Below, piece by piece: positions 14,240 to 28,445 of a stretch of 64,000 bases of DNA. Each line of letters opens with the position of its first letter. Position 1 is the first letter of the stretch. A program made the translations under genes and the position numbers. A model generated the notes under the pieces. That model worked only from the letters and a program-made list of their open reading frames with translations, was not told the origin of the DNA and did not search any database. This DNA comes from Octopus vulgaris. Lineage: Eukaryota. The stretch is taken from NCBI GenBank assembly GCA_951406725.2, contig OX597842.1:12214001-12278000 (forward strand), read 5' to 3'.

Positions 14240-14255
14240 ATCTCTCTCTCCCCCC

Positions 14256-14316
<61 letters not shown>

Positions 14317-14330
14317 AATCTGCCAACCTA

Positions 14331-14380
<50 letters not shown>

Positions 14381-14428
14381 CATTCATGTATGTATGTATG
14401 TATGTATATATGTATCTATCCATCCATC

Positions 14429-14459
<31 letters not shown>

Positions 14460-14460
14460 A

Positions 14461-14496
<36 letters not shown>

Positions 14497-14562
14497 CTCT
14501 CTGTCTCTCTCTCTTTATATATATACAGATATATCTATCTATCTATATATATATATATATAT

Positions 14563-14629
<67 letters not shown>

Positions 14630-14689
14630 TGCGTTTGTATGCATGTGTGTTAATGTATATCTATAAATACATATATACGTATATGCATG

Positions 14690-14720
<31 letters not shown>

Positions 14721-15292
14721 ACCTATATATATATATATATATAAGTATACATCCATGCGTCTGTGTAAATACATGTATATACGCATGAAAGCATGGTCAG
14801 ATTTTATGCATGACATTGCGGCCATGATGGAGCATTATCTTCAAAGATTTTTACTCCATAATACCTCGGAAAGGACTTATCTCTGTCTCTTACATAGTTT
14901 ATCGATCTTCGACTGATCGAATCTTATTAATTCGCGTACTTGACATGAATGGACACAATGTATCCTCCTCACCCACCCCTCACACGCACACACCCACCCC
15001 GTTGCAACTGTTTACGTCGGTTAATATAAACATGCACGTGATTCTATATATATATATATATATGTATATATATGCGTGTGTGTGTGTGTGCATTTGTATA
15101 TATATATATTTTTTTTTTTTGTACTTGTTTCAGTCATATATATATATGCGTCTATAAAAGGAGATATATGTATATATATACATGTATGTGTAAGTAAGTG
15201 TATACATACATATATAAATATGTATATATGTATATATGTATTATACACTTACATATATATTTCTTTTTGTGGTTGGAGATATATGTATATGT

Positions 15293-15336
<44 letters not shown>

Positions 15337-15515
15337 GTACATATGTCTATATCTATGTATGCACTTATATATATATATATATCTTTTGTGGTATATATAT
15401 ATTTTTATATATATACACAGTTATATATATAGCGATGTGTATGTGTATATATATATACATATATATATACATATGTATATATGTATGTATGCACTTATAT
15501 ATATATAAATATAAT

Positions 15516-15565
<50 letters not shown>

Positions 15566-15643
15566 TTGTATATATATATACATATATATATATACACAGT
15601 TAAATATATACAGGTATGTGTATGCACACACACGCATACACAA

Positions 15644-15692
<49 letters not shown>

Positions 15693-15695
15693 GCT
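14240..15695. repeat. (CTAT)n/(GATA)n/(TA)n microsatellite field
   Basis: Directly visible; CTAT tract 14270-14495 faces GATA tract 14563-14628. Confidence 0.9.
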
Positions 15696-16578
15696 AATAA
15701 TGTGGGATTATTCATCCAAGCAAATTACTAGGCTAACAGTGTTGTGTAGATTATTGAACAACTCCAGATATTCTTATGGCCAGGTCGAACGTTACGGTTC
15801 ATTGCAATTCTGTATTGTAAGTCCGTGGATGGGCTCCAGACAAACTGGTTTTTACACAGATTAATATGTAGAACAAGTTTAAAACTTCGTAAATGTTTCA
15901 TGTGCTTCGCGTTTAAGGTCCGAAAACAGCTCCTGGCTTCTGGCAGAAATGTTCCTACTGCGACGAAAACTAACAAGCAATTCCCGACGGTTAGACATGC
16001 CCAGAAAATGTCTACTTTACCCAGAAAGTCCAGGGGATGTTACACGAGAATCCTGGGGCGTCTGAAGGCGGTCACTGACAACCATCTCAATGTTTCCGCG
16101 CTAACGATTTACGTATGGTGCGCAAATGCACGAATTCATCAGGTATAAAACCTATCTTAGAAGAGAGTTGCTCATGTCTGATAAAACACAGGAGACCCAT
16201 GTGATACAGCTGAAGCTCTAACGGAACAAGCTCAAGTCCCGACAAGTCCGGACATGTTCTGATCCTTCTTAGATGAGAAGTTTTTCCAAGAAAAGGGGGA
16301 ATTACAGATGGCCCTTCACTAGCCCCAATGAAGTCCCCACTGTTATGTAAACCAAGTTCTTTTCATCTATGAAGGTTTTGATGGCTCTAAGCAATAAGGA
16401 CCTTGTTACACCTACTCAATTCTCCCCTCAAGGTTTTAGGGTCGTTGTGGCAACCTACATCCAGACAATGGAAGTCTAGGTCTGTGATGGTCAAACCTTG
16501 AATCGAGGAAATTACTGGAGGGCCGTACGTGTTTTAGCAAGACCCTACTTCCTTTCACACATCCTGCACAACCCAGCA

Positions 16579-17176
16579 TAGGATCGCGGTTTCGATTCCC
16601 AGACCGGGCGTTGTGAGTGTTTATTGAGCGAAAACACCTAAAAGCTCCACGAGGCTCCGGCAGGGGATGGTGGTGATCCCTGCTGTACTCTTTCACCACA
16701 ACTTTCTCTCATTCTTACTTCCTGTTTCTGTTGTACCTGTATTTCAAGGGGCCGGCCTTGTCACTCTCTGTGTCACGCTGAATATCACCGAGAACTACGT
16801 TAAGGGTACACGTGTCTGTGGAGTGGTCAGCCACTTACACGTTAATTTCATGAGCAGGCTGTTCCGTTGATTCGGATCAACCGGAACCCTCGTCGTCGTA
16901 ACCAACGGAGTGCTCCGGCAGTGGATGGTGGTGATCCCTGCTGTACTCTTTCACCACAACTTTCTCTCACTCTTACTTCCTGTTTCTGTTGTACCTGTAT
17001 TTCAAGGGGCCGGCCTTGTCACTCTCTGTGTCACGCTGAATATACCCGTGAACTACGTTAAGGGTGCACGTGTCTGTGGAGTGCTCAGCCACTTACTCGT
17101 TAATTTCACGAGCAGGCTGTTCCGTTGATTCGGATCAACCGGAACCCTCATCGTCGTAACCGACGGAGTGCTTCCA
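16579..17176 (+). mobile_element. SINE family C partial tandem dimer
   Basis: B-box GTTTCGATTCCCAGACC; body repeated, junction at ~16911 through GCTCC microhomology. Confidence 0.9.
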
Positions 17177-17533
17177 TCCATCCATCCATATTTGGGGTGT
17201 CGTTGCAGGGGGAACAAGAAATGATGCCCACAAAAACAATGATTCATCAAATCTGTTAAGGGGACCTTATGGCCATCATGAATGAAAATCCGCCAATCAA
17301 CGCATTTCGTCGTTTCAGAAGCGGTTTCGAGGCAGTAATTAAGAGGCAGTAATTAAGCAGTTTTATTAATTAACGTTTTGTTGCGTATGTAAGAATATGT
17401 GTACGAAATTCTATAAAGATATATAGATTTTCTAATAAATATTTTAACTTAACAATTGCAGCGTGGAAGGTGCTTGTAAGCCATTTAAGAAACACACAAA
17501 AACCGTTCGATTCACTTCAATATTTAAGTTTAA

Positions 17534-17584
17534 TTTGTCAAAATATTTTCGTCGCTTTAAGACCGCGACCTGTTCACTGACAAA
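17534..17584 (-). ncRNA. Hammerhead motif with G3:C8 core variant
   Basis: TTTGTCA-GTGAACA-G-GTCGC-ggtcttaaa-GCGAC-GAAA-ATATTT-TGACAAA. Confidence 0.75.
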
Positions 17585-17725
17585 AATCCGTGCTGCATCT
17601 GAAGAAAGTAACAGTTAGTTCGTCATAATTATGTATATATACATAAAGTAACAGTTAATTCGTCATATATATGTATACATACATATGACGAACTAACTGT
17701 TAGTTTCTCAGATGCAGCACGGATT

Positions 17726-17775
17726 TTTGTCAGTGAACAGGTTGCGGATTTTAGCGACGAAAATATTTTGACAAA
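17726..17775 (+). ncRNA. Hammerhead motif with G3:C8 core variant (second arm)
   Basis: TTTGTCA-GTGAACA-G-GTTGC-ggatttta-GCGAC-GAAA-ATATTT-TGACAAA; the stem II change is a tolerated U-G wobble. Confidence 0.75.
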
Positions 17776-18224
17776 TTAAACTTAAATGTTGATGTGAATC
17801 GAACGGCTTTTGTGTGTTTCTTAAATGGCTTACAAACACCTTCCACACTGCAATTGTTTTCGTTCTAGCACACGATCTCAGATCAAATCACTTGCTATGC
17901 AAGTATTTCTCCGTAATACTTTAATTTAACTTAGTCAAATATATTTATTAGAAATAAGTTTATTAGAAAAACCAATAATTTTTATTTTTTTGTTGCAGAA
18001 TTACGTTTTGCAAAAGAAAGTCGATTAAGAGTCGATTAAACGTCTCCCAGTATATCACTGGTACTCATTCGATCGTACTGACGTCTCAAAACGGAAATGC
18101 AAAGCAGCAAAATCTTTCTTCTGTGTTGTCACGATTGTTTTTTAAAATTCGGTTAGAATCGACTTCGTAACGTAGAGGGGTCAGAAGCTCCTCTTTCTCT
18201 TCTATTTCTTCAGATATGAACGGT

Positions 18225-19200
18225 GGAGGCACAATGGCCCAGTGGTTAGGGCAGCGGACACGCGGTCGTAGGATCGCGGGTTCGATTCCCAGACCGGGCA
18301 TTGTGAGTGTTTATTGAGCGAAAACACCTAAAGCTTCACGAGGCTCCTGCAGGGGATGGTGGTGAACCCTGCTGTACTCTTTAACCACAACTTTCTCGCA
18401 CTCTTACTTTCTGTTTCTCTTGTACCTGTATTTCAAAGGGCCAGCCTTTGTCACACTCTGTGTCACGCTGAATCTCCTCGAGAACTACGTTAAGGGTGCA
18501 CGTGTCTGTGGAGTGCTCAGCCACTTACACGTTAATTTCACGAGCAGACTGTTCCGTTGATCGGATCAACCGGAACCCTCGTCGTCGTAACCGACGGAGT
18601 GCTTCCATATTGAGGGAAAACACCTAAAGCTTCACGAGGCTCCTGCAGGGGATGGTGGTGAACCCTGCTGTACTCTTTCACCACAACTCCTCTCACACTT
18701 ACTTCCTGTTTCTGTTGTACCTGTATTTCAATGGGCCAGCCTTTGTCACACTCTGTGTCACGCTGAATCTCCTCGAGAACTACATTAAGGGTGCACGTGT
18801 CTGCGGAGTGCTCAGCCACTTACACGCTAATTTCACGAGCAGACTGTTCCGTTGATCGGATCAACCGGAACCCTCGTCGTCGTAACTGACGGAGTGCTTC
18901 CATATTGAGCGAAAACACCTAAAGCTTCACGAGGCTCCTGCAGGGGGTGGTGGTGAACCCTGCTGTACTCTTTCACCACAACTTTCTCTCACTCTTTCTT
19001 CCTGTTTCTGTTGTACCTGTATTTCAAAGGGCCGGCCTTGTCACTCTCTGTGTCACGCTGAATCTCCTCGAGAACTACGTTAAGGGTGCACGTGTCTGTG
19101 GAGTGCTCAGCCACTTGCATGTTACGTTAATTCCACGAGCAAGCTGTTCCGTTTATCGGATCATCTGGGACCTTCATCGTCGTAACCGACGGAGTGCTCC
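18225..19200 (+). mobile_element. SINE family C tandem trimer
   Basis: Full head GGAGGCACAATGGCCCAGTGGTTAGG...GGTTCGATTCCC; ~295-bp body repeated with junctions at ~18608 and ~18903. Confidence 0.9.
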
Positions 19201-19214
19201 TTTTTTTAGATATG

Positions 19215-19400
19215 AATGATCTATATCATCTGCGAAGTCCATGTCTGTGAAGGTTACTGCTGGTACTCTCCGTGATCTTTGCTGGCCAATGGTGAACGCA
19301 AGCTTTTCGTCACTGCTGTCCATTGCATAATCCAATGGAATTGCAAACAGGTAAGGGGCAAGCGTGTCTCCTTGTAGCACACCATCAAGTATTTGAAAGA
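19215..19400 (-). pseudogene. RTE-like LINE reverse transcriptase fragment
   Basis: GVLQGDTLAPYLF...LDYAM...DMDFADDI (RT motifs B' and C). Confidence 0.85.
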
Positions 19401-19725
19401 GTCCTGGAGGTTAGGATTGGCCGTAAGGGTGAAATAGCAGCAACATATGACGAGCGAATGCCATTATGGAAATTTGCCGAAAGTTAGCGAGAAGATCGGG
19501 TGAAGACAGCTGCGACTCTCTGGTCACTGCATGCTCCAGCCTGGACTGGAAGCGTCCGAATTAGTCGTGTGGAACTCACTTCACGGTGATGAAAGAAGAA
19601 GAAAACGTCATCACAATTACATCGATCGCAGACACTGACCGGGAATGTAGCCAGGACCTCCTGGTCAGTTCATCATATTAAATGTGGCGGATGGATTTTG
19701 TTTCTGCGGCCAGGGTTGGAACCCG

Positions 19726-19955
19726 GGCGAGCTGGCATAGTCGTTAGCACGCCGGGCGAAATTCTTAGCGGTATTTCGTCTGCCGCTACGTTCTGAGTTC
19801 AAATTCCGCCGAGGTCGACTTTGCCTTTCATCCTTTCGGGGTCGATTAAATAAGTACCAGTTACGCACTGGGTGTTTATGTAATCGACTCAATCCGTTTG
19901 TCTGTCCTTGTTTGTCCCCTCTGTGTTTAGCCTCTTGTGGGTAGTAAAGAAATAG
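19726..19955 (+). mobile_element. SINE family B monomer
   Basis: GGCGAGCTGGCATAGTCGTTAG...GAGTTCAAATTCC...Meta-like core...GTAAAGAAATAG. Confidence 0.9.
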
Positions 19956-20599
19956 ATAATGGCATATATCTCTTCTCCCTCATCACTGCTACTTGATCTC
20001 TCAGCTCATGTACATAGTTTTGTCATCGAGGATTTCTACCGGGAAACGAATCCCTTGGTTTCTTTATCATGATGTAGACTCACATCTTCCCGCGATACAA
20101 AATACTCCGTTCCTTTCCATCGGCTTTCACGTTACGTACAAACCAACGAACATCAGCATCAGTTCAATAGGAAATGAAATCCATTTTGCATTTCCGAATT
20201 CCTCATTACGGAACCTGGCAATAAGGATCAACCGCGTTCTGGATTCACGTTGCGAAATTATATCTCGCGTTACGTTGCCTTCCGTTACGGAGTTCCTCTT
20301 TACTGTATAATTTTCATCTTGCTTATTTCTCCGTAATTTTGACCTTTGTGACTTGGGGCCCCAGTGTATGAGGCGATCCCTTTTATCTCTACTCCTGTCA
20401 TCATCGGAACCGTTATTAGTGCAGTTACAAAAACCGTGACAGTGGCAGAGACAACGATAGCTATGGGCTTCGCCACAAGTCCCTGCTCTATCTATTGTTT
20501 CTGTTGCTTTTGTCTCCGGTTTTTGTGCTGCCGTTTCCCTTGTATTTTTAAAAATTTCATTATCATTATTTCCTCCACGACTGTGTAATTAATAAGCCA

Positions 20600-20700
20600 C
20601 GAAAAATTGAGAATTTTGACTCAAGGCAGTAGCAGTTTGAACAAAAGAACTGAACTGTTAGTGCCTTGTAAGCACGCATCTAAACATCTTTTGTGGAATA
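20600..20700 (+). pseudogene. C-terminal fragment of the Naiad-like GIY-YIG
   Basis: KLRILTQGSSSLNKRTELLVPCKH, homologous to 8155-8228. Confidence 0.65.
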
Positions 20701-21296
20701 CAAACTACCTAGAATTACATTCAGTTTCAGGGGAAAAAACGCTGTTTTTTCGGAATGTTTAATTAATGTTTTCCTTGGAATATGATATTTTTTATGTGTG
20801 GGCACGTGTGAGTGTGTGAATATGTGTCTATGTATACACTCAGATATAGTTCTATGTAGATGTGTGTGTGAGGGTTTGATGTGTACATGTATGCGCCTGC
20901 ACGGGCGCATGCAAAATAAACATTCACGTAATAATTAATTCTTTAAAAAAAAGCATTAATCAAAAGTGTTACTTAAAAGTATTAATTTAAAACCTAATCA
21001 AAATCACAATTTCATGACTTCGCTCCTTAATATTACTACGAGGACCAGAAATGAATTGCAGCCGTTTCCGTGCGTGTCGTACAAACTTTTTATTGAACAA
21101 AATAATACGATATCAAAAGAATTCTCTATACTTTCGTTTCGTATTTCAAAAGTATTCAAACAGACAGAATTTCAGAAATCCAGGTTCCTTTTGCCAGTTG
21201 ATGACCGGAAACGAGAAGCACTAAATACTGGGAAGTTATGGGGGGGGGGGATCTTTATAATGTGTATATACATTCATTTATCTCACTCTGTCTCTG

Positions 21297-21355
<59 letters not shown>

Positions 21356-21504
21356 ACATTGTATTGTTCCCTCTGTGTTCGGCCCTGCGTGGCTAATAAA
21401 GAAATCTATCAGTCTGACTATCTGTCTGTTTGTCTGCATGCTTATGTATGTATGTATGTATGTATGTATGTATGTATGTATGTATGTATGTATGTATGTA
21501 TGTA

Positions 21505-21548
<44 letters not shown>

Positions 21549-21673
21549 CCGAAATTGCGAAGATGATCCGGTTCTTGACTGATGATTGAGGGCTTCGAAT
21601 GTCCCGTCTGTGTTTTTTGTGTCGTCTTCTAAATGTTTCACGTTCTTGTCCCGTTTGTATATTTTTGGGCTTT

Positions 21674-21735
<62 letters not shown>

Positions 21736-21976
21736 TATATCCCGGTCATTTCCTCATATTAAACCGTTTATCCCGACATAACTTTTCTCTCTCCACTTTT
21801 GTTTCCTTTCTCTCCCCGTTTTTCCTCCTTTCATCCTTTTCCCTGGTGGGTCATAGGCTCGAAACGCCCTTAACATTTCCATTCTTCCAGAGCGACAAAC
21901 TAATACAAATGTTCCCTCATTTGGTTCATCATTTGTTTCCCGAACACGTGAACAATATGATTGTATGCATACATCT

Positions 21977-22212
21977 TTGAACGTCGGCGTAAATCCATGT
22001 TCAATGATCTCCTTAGATGCACCAAACGATGTCATTTGAAATTCAGACGTGTATTTTCTGATATTGTTCAGAGAATCGTTTGACTGGATGGAAGTGCCTT
22101 CCAGAAGATCCCTAAGAGGTTGAGAAGGAATGGGTAGTGTTGGCAATGTTACCTTACCGCCTGAGCAACACATGCCATTAGTTTCATTTGGAAATTTCAA
22201 AGCTTTGCACAA
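21977..22212 (-). pseudogene. Helitron RepHel N-terminal fragment
   Basis: CKALKFPNETNGMCCSGGKVTLP...NIRKY...FQMTSFG...GFTPTFK matches the Helitron Zn-finger / CCxxGKV / MTSFG region. Confidence 0.85.
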
Positions 22213-22214
22213 CA

Positions 22215-22377
22215 GGCGCAGGAGTGGCGGTGTGGTAAGTAGCTTGCTAACCAACCACATGGTTGCGGGATCAGTACCACTGCGTGGCATCTTGAGCAAG
22301 TGTCTTCTGCTATAGCCCCGGGCCGATCAATGCCTTGTGAGTGGATTTCGTAGACGGAAACTGAAAGAACCCCGTCG

Positions 22378-22410
<33 letters not shown>

Positions 22411-22628
22411 GTGTATGTGTGTGTGTCTGTGTTTGTCCCCCTAGCATTGCTTGACAACCGATGCTTGTGTGTTTACGTCCCCGTCACTTAGCGGTTCGGC
22501 AAAAGAGACCGATAGAATAAGTACTGGGCTTGCAAAGAATAAGTCCCGGGGTCGATTTGCACGACTAAAGGCGGTGCTCCAGCATGGCCGCAGTCAAATG
22601 ACTGAAACAAGTAAAAGAGTAAAAGTAA
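22215..22628 (+). mobile_element. SINE family A, full copy
   Basis: Same head, internal TA tract and tail as 11951-12376. Confidence 0.9.
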
Positions 22629-22859
22629 AAATATATATATATATAATCAAAATAAGCAACAAGAATATCTTCGGTAATTTGGTACGATCGTTTCACGCTA
22701 CATCATTTTATTAAACATTTTATTTTGATTATAATCACCCCATTGATTTATATGGATAACACCATACACAATTCTTGTGCATCTAACTTAAGTACCATAT
22801 TCATTTGAATCTAAATTTTGCTGAAAGTATATATATATATATATATATATATAAGTAAT

Positions 22860-23206
22860 AATATAGGGTGAAATTAATTAATTTGGAATAATCATTAATT
22901 TCACCAAGTAGATTTCGGCATGTAAAAGCCCCATTGGAGGAAAGTTTAAGTAATACTAAGTAATTAAGGGTTTAGCAACGATTTGCCTCACCACACACCG
23001 AGTTCAGAAATAGCAGTCAAAGAGTTGTGGCTATTCTTTCTAGTAAAAGGGAGATCTCAGTAAAACCACAGCACTTAGAAGGCAAACGACGCAGGCAAGA
23101 GAGAAAGAAATGACGAAAATGAGAAAAGCTACAACTCTTTGACTGCTATTTCTGAACTCGGTGTGTGGTGAGGCAAATCGTTGCTAAACCCTTAATTACT
23201 TAGTAT
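22860..23206. mobile_element. Fold-back element in (TA)n
   Basis: 80-bp inverted arms 22953-23032 and 23127-23206 with a one-sided extension; the end motif agggt.aaattaatta...aatttcaccaagta is shared with 7165-7263. Confidence 0.7.
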
Positions 23207-23215
23207 ATATACCTA

Positions 23216-23249
<34 letters not shown>

Positions 23250-23252
<3 letters not shown>

Positions 23253-23614
23253 GGAACGTCATTCTGCGAATATATCTGGTACTTCAATTTCCAGTAGACA
23301 CTGCCTTATAAATTTTAAGCCGAAGTGGTCAATCAGCGAGGGTTTGTCTCCTTGTAATTTTCTTCTTCCACAGAAGACAAGCATTTTCTGACAGTCTTTT
23401 GAAAATTTGAAGACTGCGTAATTATTGCAGGCATTTTTCTTTTAGTTTTTCTTGCAGAAATTGTCATCTACGAAATGTCTTCACAAATTCTATTTTCAGC
23501 ATAATGGCTTTGCAACCGCCTGAGAGACACTTTGGCATATTTCATAAATATTCTTAAATTACTCAGCAGCAACATCTCTCCCCCACCCTCTCTCTCTATC
23601 TATCTATCGATACA

Positions 23615-23672
<58 letters not shown>

Positions 23673-23731
23673 TATCTGTTTATCTATCTATCCATTTATC
23701 AATGCCAGATATATTCGCAGAAGGACGTTCC

Positions 23732-23734
<3 letters not shown>
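23250..23734. mobile_element. MITE-like segment with 30-bp terminal inverted repeats in (TA)n
   Basis: ttcggaacgtcattctgcgaatatatctgg / ccagatatattcgcagaaggacgttccgaa (1 mismatch). Confidence 0.6.
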
Positions 23735-23773
<39 letters not shown>

Positions 23774-23971
23774 TTTCAGCAAAATTTAGATTCAAATGAA
23801 TATGGTACTTAAGTTAGATGCACCAGAATTGTGTATGGTGTTATCCATATAAATCAATGGGGGTTATTATAATCAAAATAAAATGTTTAATAAAATGATG
23901 TAGCGTGAAACGATCGTACCAAATTACCGAAGATATTCTTGTTGCTTATTTTGATTTTTTATATATATTTT

Positions 23972-24207
23972 TTTACTCTTTTACTCTGTTACTTGTTTCA
24001 GTCATTTGACTGCGGCCATGCTGGAGCACCGCCTTTAGTCGAGCAAATCGACCCCGGGACTTATTCTTTGTAAGCCCAGTACTTATACTATCGGTCTCTT
24101 TTGCCGAACCGCTAAGTGACGGGGACGTAAACACACCAATATCGGTTGTCAAGCAATGCTAGGGGGACAAACATAGACACGCAAACACACACACACACAA
24201 ATATATA

Positions 24208-24266
<59 letters not shown>

Positions 24267-24426
24267 CATATATATGACAGGCTTCTTTCAGTTTCCGTCT
24301 ACCAAATCTACTCACAAGGCATTGGCTATAGTAGAAGACACTTGCCCAAGATGCCACGCAGTGGAACTGAACCCGGAACCATGTGGTTGGTTAGCAAGCT
24401 ACTTACCACACAGCCACTCCTGCACC
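23972..24426 (-). mobile_element. SINE family A, full copy
   Basis: Reverse complement of the family A consensus with a small internal deletion. Confidence 0.9.
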
Positions 24427-24684
24427 TGTATATACAATATATATATATGTATATATATGAGATTCAGTTGAATTAGGTACTTAAGTTGAAGCACCAAGTC
24501 AGTCCGATAACCCCTAAAATTATTCTTTGTAAGCTTGGTACCTGGTACTTATTGTACCGGTCTATTCCGCCGAACCGCTAGGTTACGCGGACGTAAACAC
24601 ACTAGCATTCGCTGTAAAGCGACGGTGGTGGGACGACAAATTCAGACACAAAGACACACACGCACACGTGCATATATATATATG

Positions 24685-24821
<137 letters not shown>

Positions 24822-25353
24822 AATGTGGAACGATGAAAATGAGTGCACAACAACGCGTTGGTAGATATAATTTGTTTATTTCTGAATTAAGGCTACCGTC
24901 GGTTTCATGTTATGAAAAGTAGTGTCTTAACAATTTTTTAAGCCGATGACATTTTCGAAAACACCCTCGTGTTGTTCTCGCTGGCTTATCAAAAATTCGC
25001 GCGAGCAAAACAATAAATCAAGAGACATTACTCCTGGGCGGTACCTTTTATCTGTTAGTCTCCCTTGGAAGTGTCGTCTGGAAAAATTATTTGCGTGGTC
25101 ATTTTCTTTACATTATTTTATTTTAGCTCTGGGCATGGTCTTCTTATACTTGTGTGCTGAGGCACATTCCTTCTCTGTGCTATGTGTGTTCACGCTTAGG
25201 AGAGGAGTGGGGGTTATCCGGGTGGATTTACCGTGGCAGATAGGACCCCTTCTTTCAAATATTTGAGTACAAGAATTGTTTTTGCTTAGGATGCTATCAC
25301 TCGATTGCATAATGTTATGTGTATATATGTATATATGTATATATCTATATTTA

Positions 25354-25414
<61 letters not shown>

Positions 25415-25460
25415 ATATATATATTGTTAAGACACTATCTATCTATCTATCTATCTATAA

Positions 25461-25596
<136 letters not shown>

Positions 25597-25773
25597 CGGA
25601 GTAAGCACATAAATGTGAATAAAGGTGGGAAAAAGAGTACTCAAATACCAGAGGTAGAGAAATATGCTTTATTTAAAAGCAGCAGAAATATAACAAAAGC
25701 TGTTACTCGGAGGAACGGGTACGTGAAACTCCGAGTAACAGCTTCTGTTATAATTCTGCTACGTTTAAATAAA

Positions 25774-25775
<2 letters not shown>
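25597..25775. mobile_element. Fold-back PLE pLTR-like insertion, same family as 292-485
   Basis: Inverted arms around GA-ACG-GGTA-CGT-GAAACT-CCG-AGTA-ACAGC. Confidence 0.7.
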
Positions 25776-25844
<69 letters not shown>

Positions 25845-25846
<2 letters not shown>

Positions 25847-26062
25847 GGGAAGCTTTATGAAAATAAACAAAAGACGAAGGCAGGTGGAGTACAAACAAAC
25901 AATTGTATTAGTATGGCGCTCAGGAATATAAATAAAACAAGTCTTTTACGTTTCGAGCCTACGCTCTTCAACATAAAGATACACAGAAAAGAAACACAGA
26001 AAGAAACACAGAAAGAAACAAGGAGAGAAAAAAACGCGTGCAGAAGCTAGCGAATCAACATA
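25845..26062 (-). mobile_element. Solo PLE pLTR with HHR-like motif (A6U family)
   Basis: Minus strand tcttt-ATGTTGA-A-GAGC-GTAG-GCTC-GAAA-CGTA-aaaga; downstream tcctgagcgcc motif shared with the Neptune pLTR at 36.9 kb. Confidence 0.7.
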
Positions 26063-26499
26063 TTTATATATATATATGCATACATACTTACATGCATGTC
26101 TATAGAGATAGACAGATGCGTAATAGACCGATAGATAAAAAATTAGTTTGATAGAAAGATAGGTAGATAGATAGATAGTCAGTAATGCTTATTTATTCAC
26201 ATCATTTTGGCTTAATCACGGATTGTCTCGTGGCTTCGAGATTTCAAAGTTGGAGTTGCATGTAATTAGAATGACATTGTAGGGTAGGTGTGAGAGGCAG
26301 GATCTGATACGTTCTGAACATAAGCCACGTAGAAAATTCGATCCAGATATCCCTGTTTTAAATAGCAGTGGGTTAAATGCTATTTTTATAAAGCCAAAAC
26401 CAATGTTAATTCTCAGAAATGATTCAGGGCAATTTCTTGCACTTTTACCTGCGTATATTTATATACATACCTTTCAAGTCACTGTGCCACAGCTTGAAA

Positions 26500-26558
26500 T
26501 ACACACACAACACACATATATGTATATCTATACATGTTTATATATATATACACACACA

Positions 26559-26609
<51 letters not shown>

Positions 26610-26699
26610 ATAAATGTATATATATATACATATATATATGTATATATATATATATATGTATATATATATGTATATATATGTATATATATATATATACAT

Positions 26700-26788
<89 letters not shown>

Positions 26789-26791
26789 TGC

Positions 26792-26838
<47 letters not shown>

Positions 26839-26916
26839 ACATATGTATGAGTAGAAAAAGTGAAAGATAAGCAAGTTCGTCTCTCTATATATACACATAT
26901 TTATACATGCCTGTAT

Positions 26917-26969
<53 letters not shown>

Positions 26970-27061
26970 ATAAATATATACGTGCATATACATATGTATT
27001 CATATCTGTTTATACATATGTAAATACACAAATATATATATATATATATGTATGTATATAT

Positions 27062-27151
<90 letters not shown>

Positions 27152-27160
27152 ATATATATA
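26500..27160. repeat. (TA)n microsatellite field
   Basis: Directly visible. Confidence 0.95.
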
Positions 27161-27299
27161 ACTTTAAAATATCTGAAAACAGGTATTCTTTAATGTATAT
27201 AAATGTCTTTTTTTTTTCGTCTTCGCTCCTATTTCTGTTGCCCCTCTGGCAAACGAAATTCTCGCCTACCTCCGACACACCGCCCTTACCAAAATCCTC

Positions 27300-28445
<1,146 letters not shown>

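Larger units (their letters stand above)
17451..17920. mobile_element. Fold-back PLE pLTR-like element with two divergent hammerhead motifs
   Basis: ~175-bp inverted arms 17451-17627 and 17684-17858, with a one-sided extension to ~17920. Confidence 0.8.
22645..23955. repeat. ~185-bp inverted repeat pair (22645-22828 and 23772-23955), PLE-terminus-like
   Basis: Near-identical reverse complements; each contains GAAAC-GATC-GTA (palindromic HHR stem III-like motif). Confidence 0.8.

Noticed and set aside
16075-16148. Minus-strand CTGATGA...GAAAC as a hammerhead
   Set aside because: Needs a 3-nt insertion before stem II, stems I/III are poor, and there is no second copy.
21560-21615. CTGATGA followed by GAAT as a hammerhead
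   Set aside because: No GAAA and no convincing stems I/III.
23127-23206. Hammerhead within the 80-bp fold-back arms
   Set aside because: CTGAA is present but there is no CUGANGA/GAAA arrangement; kept only as an inverted repeat.
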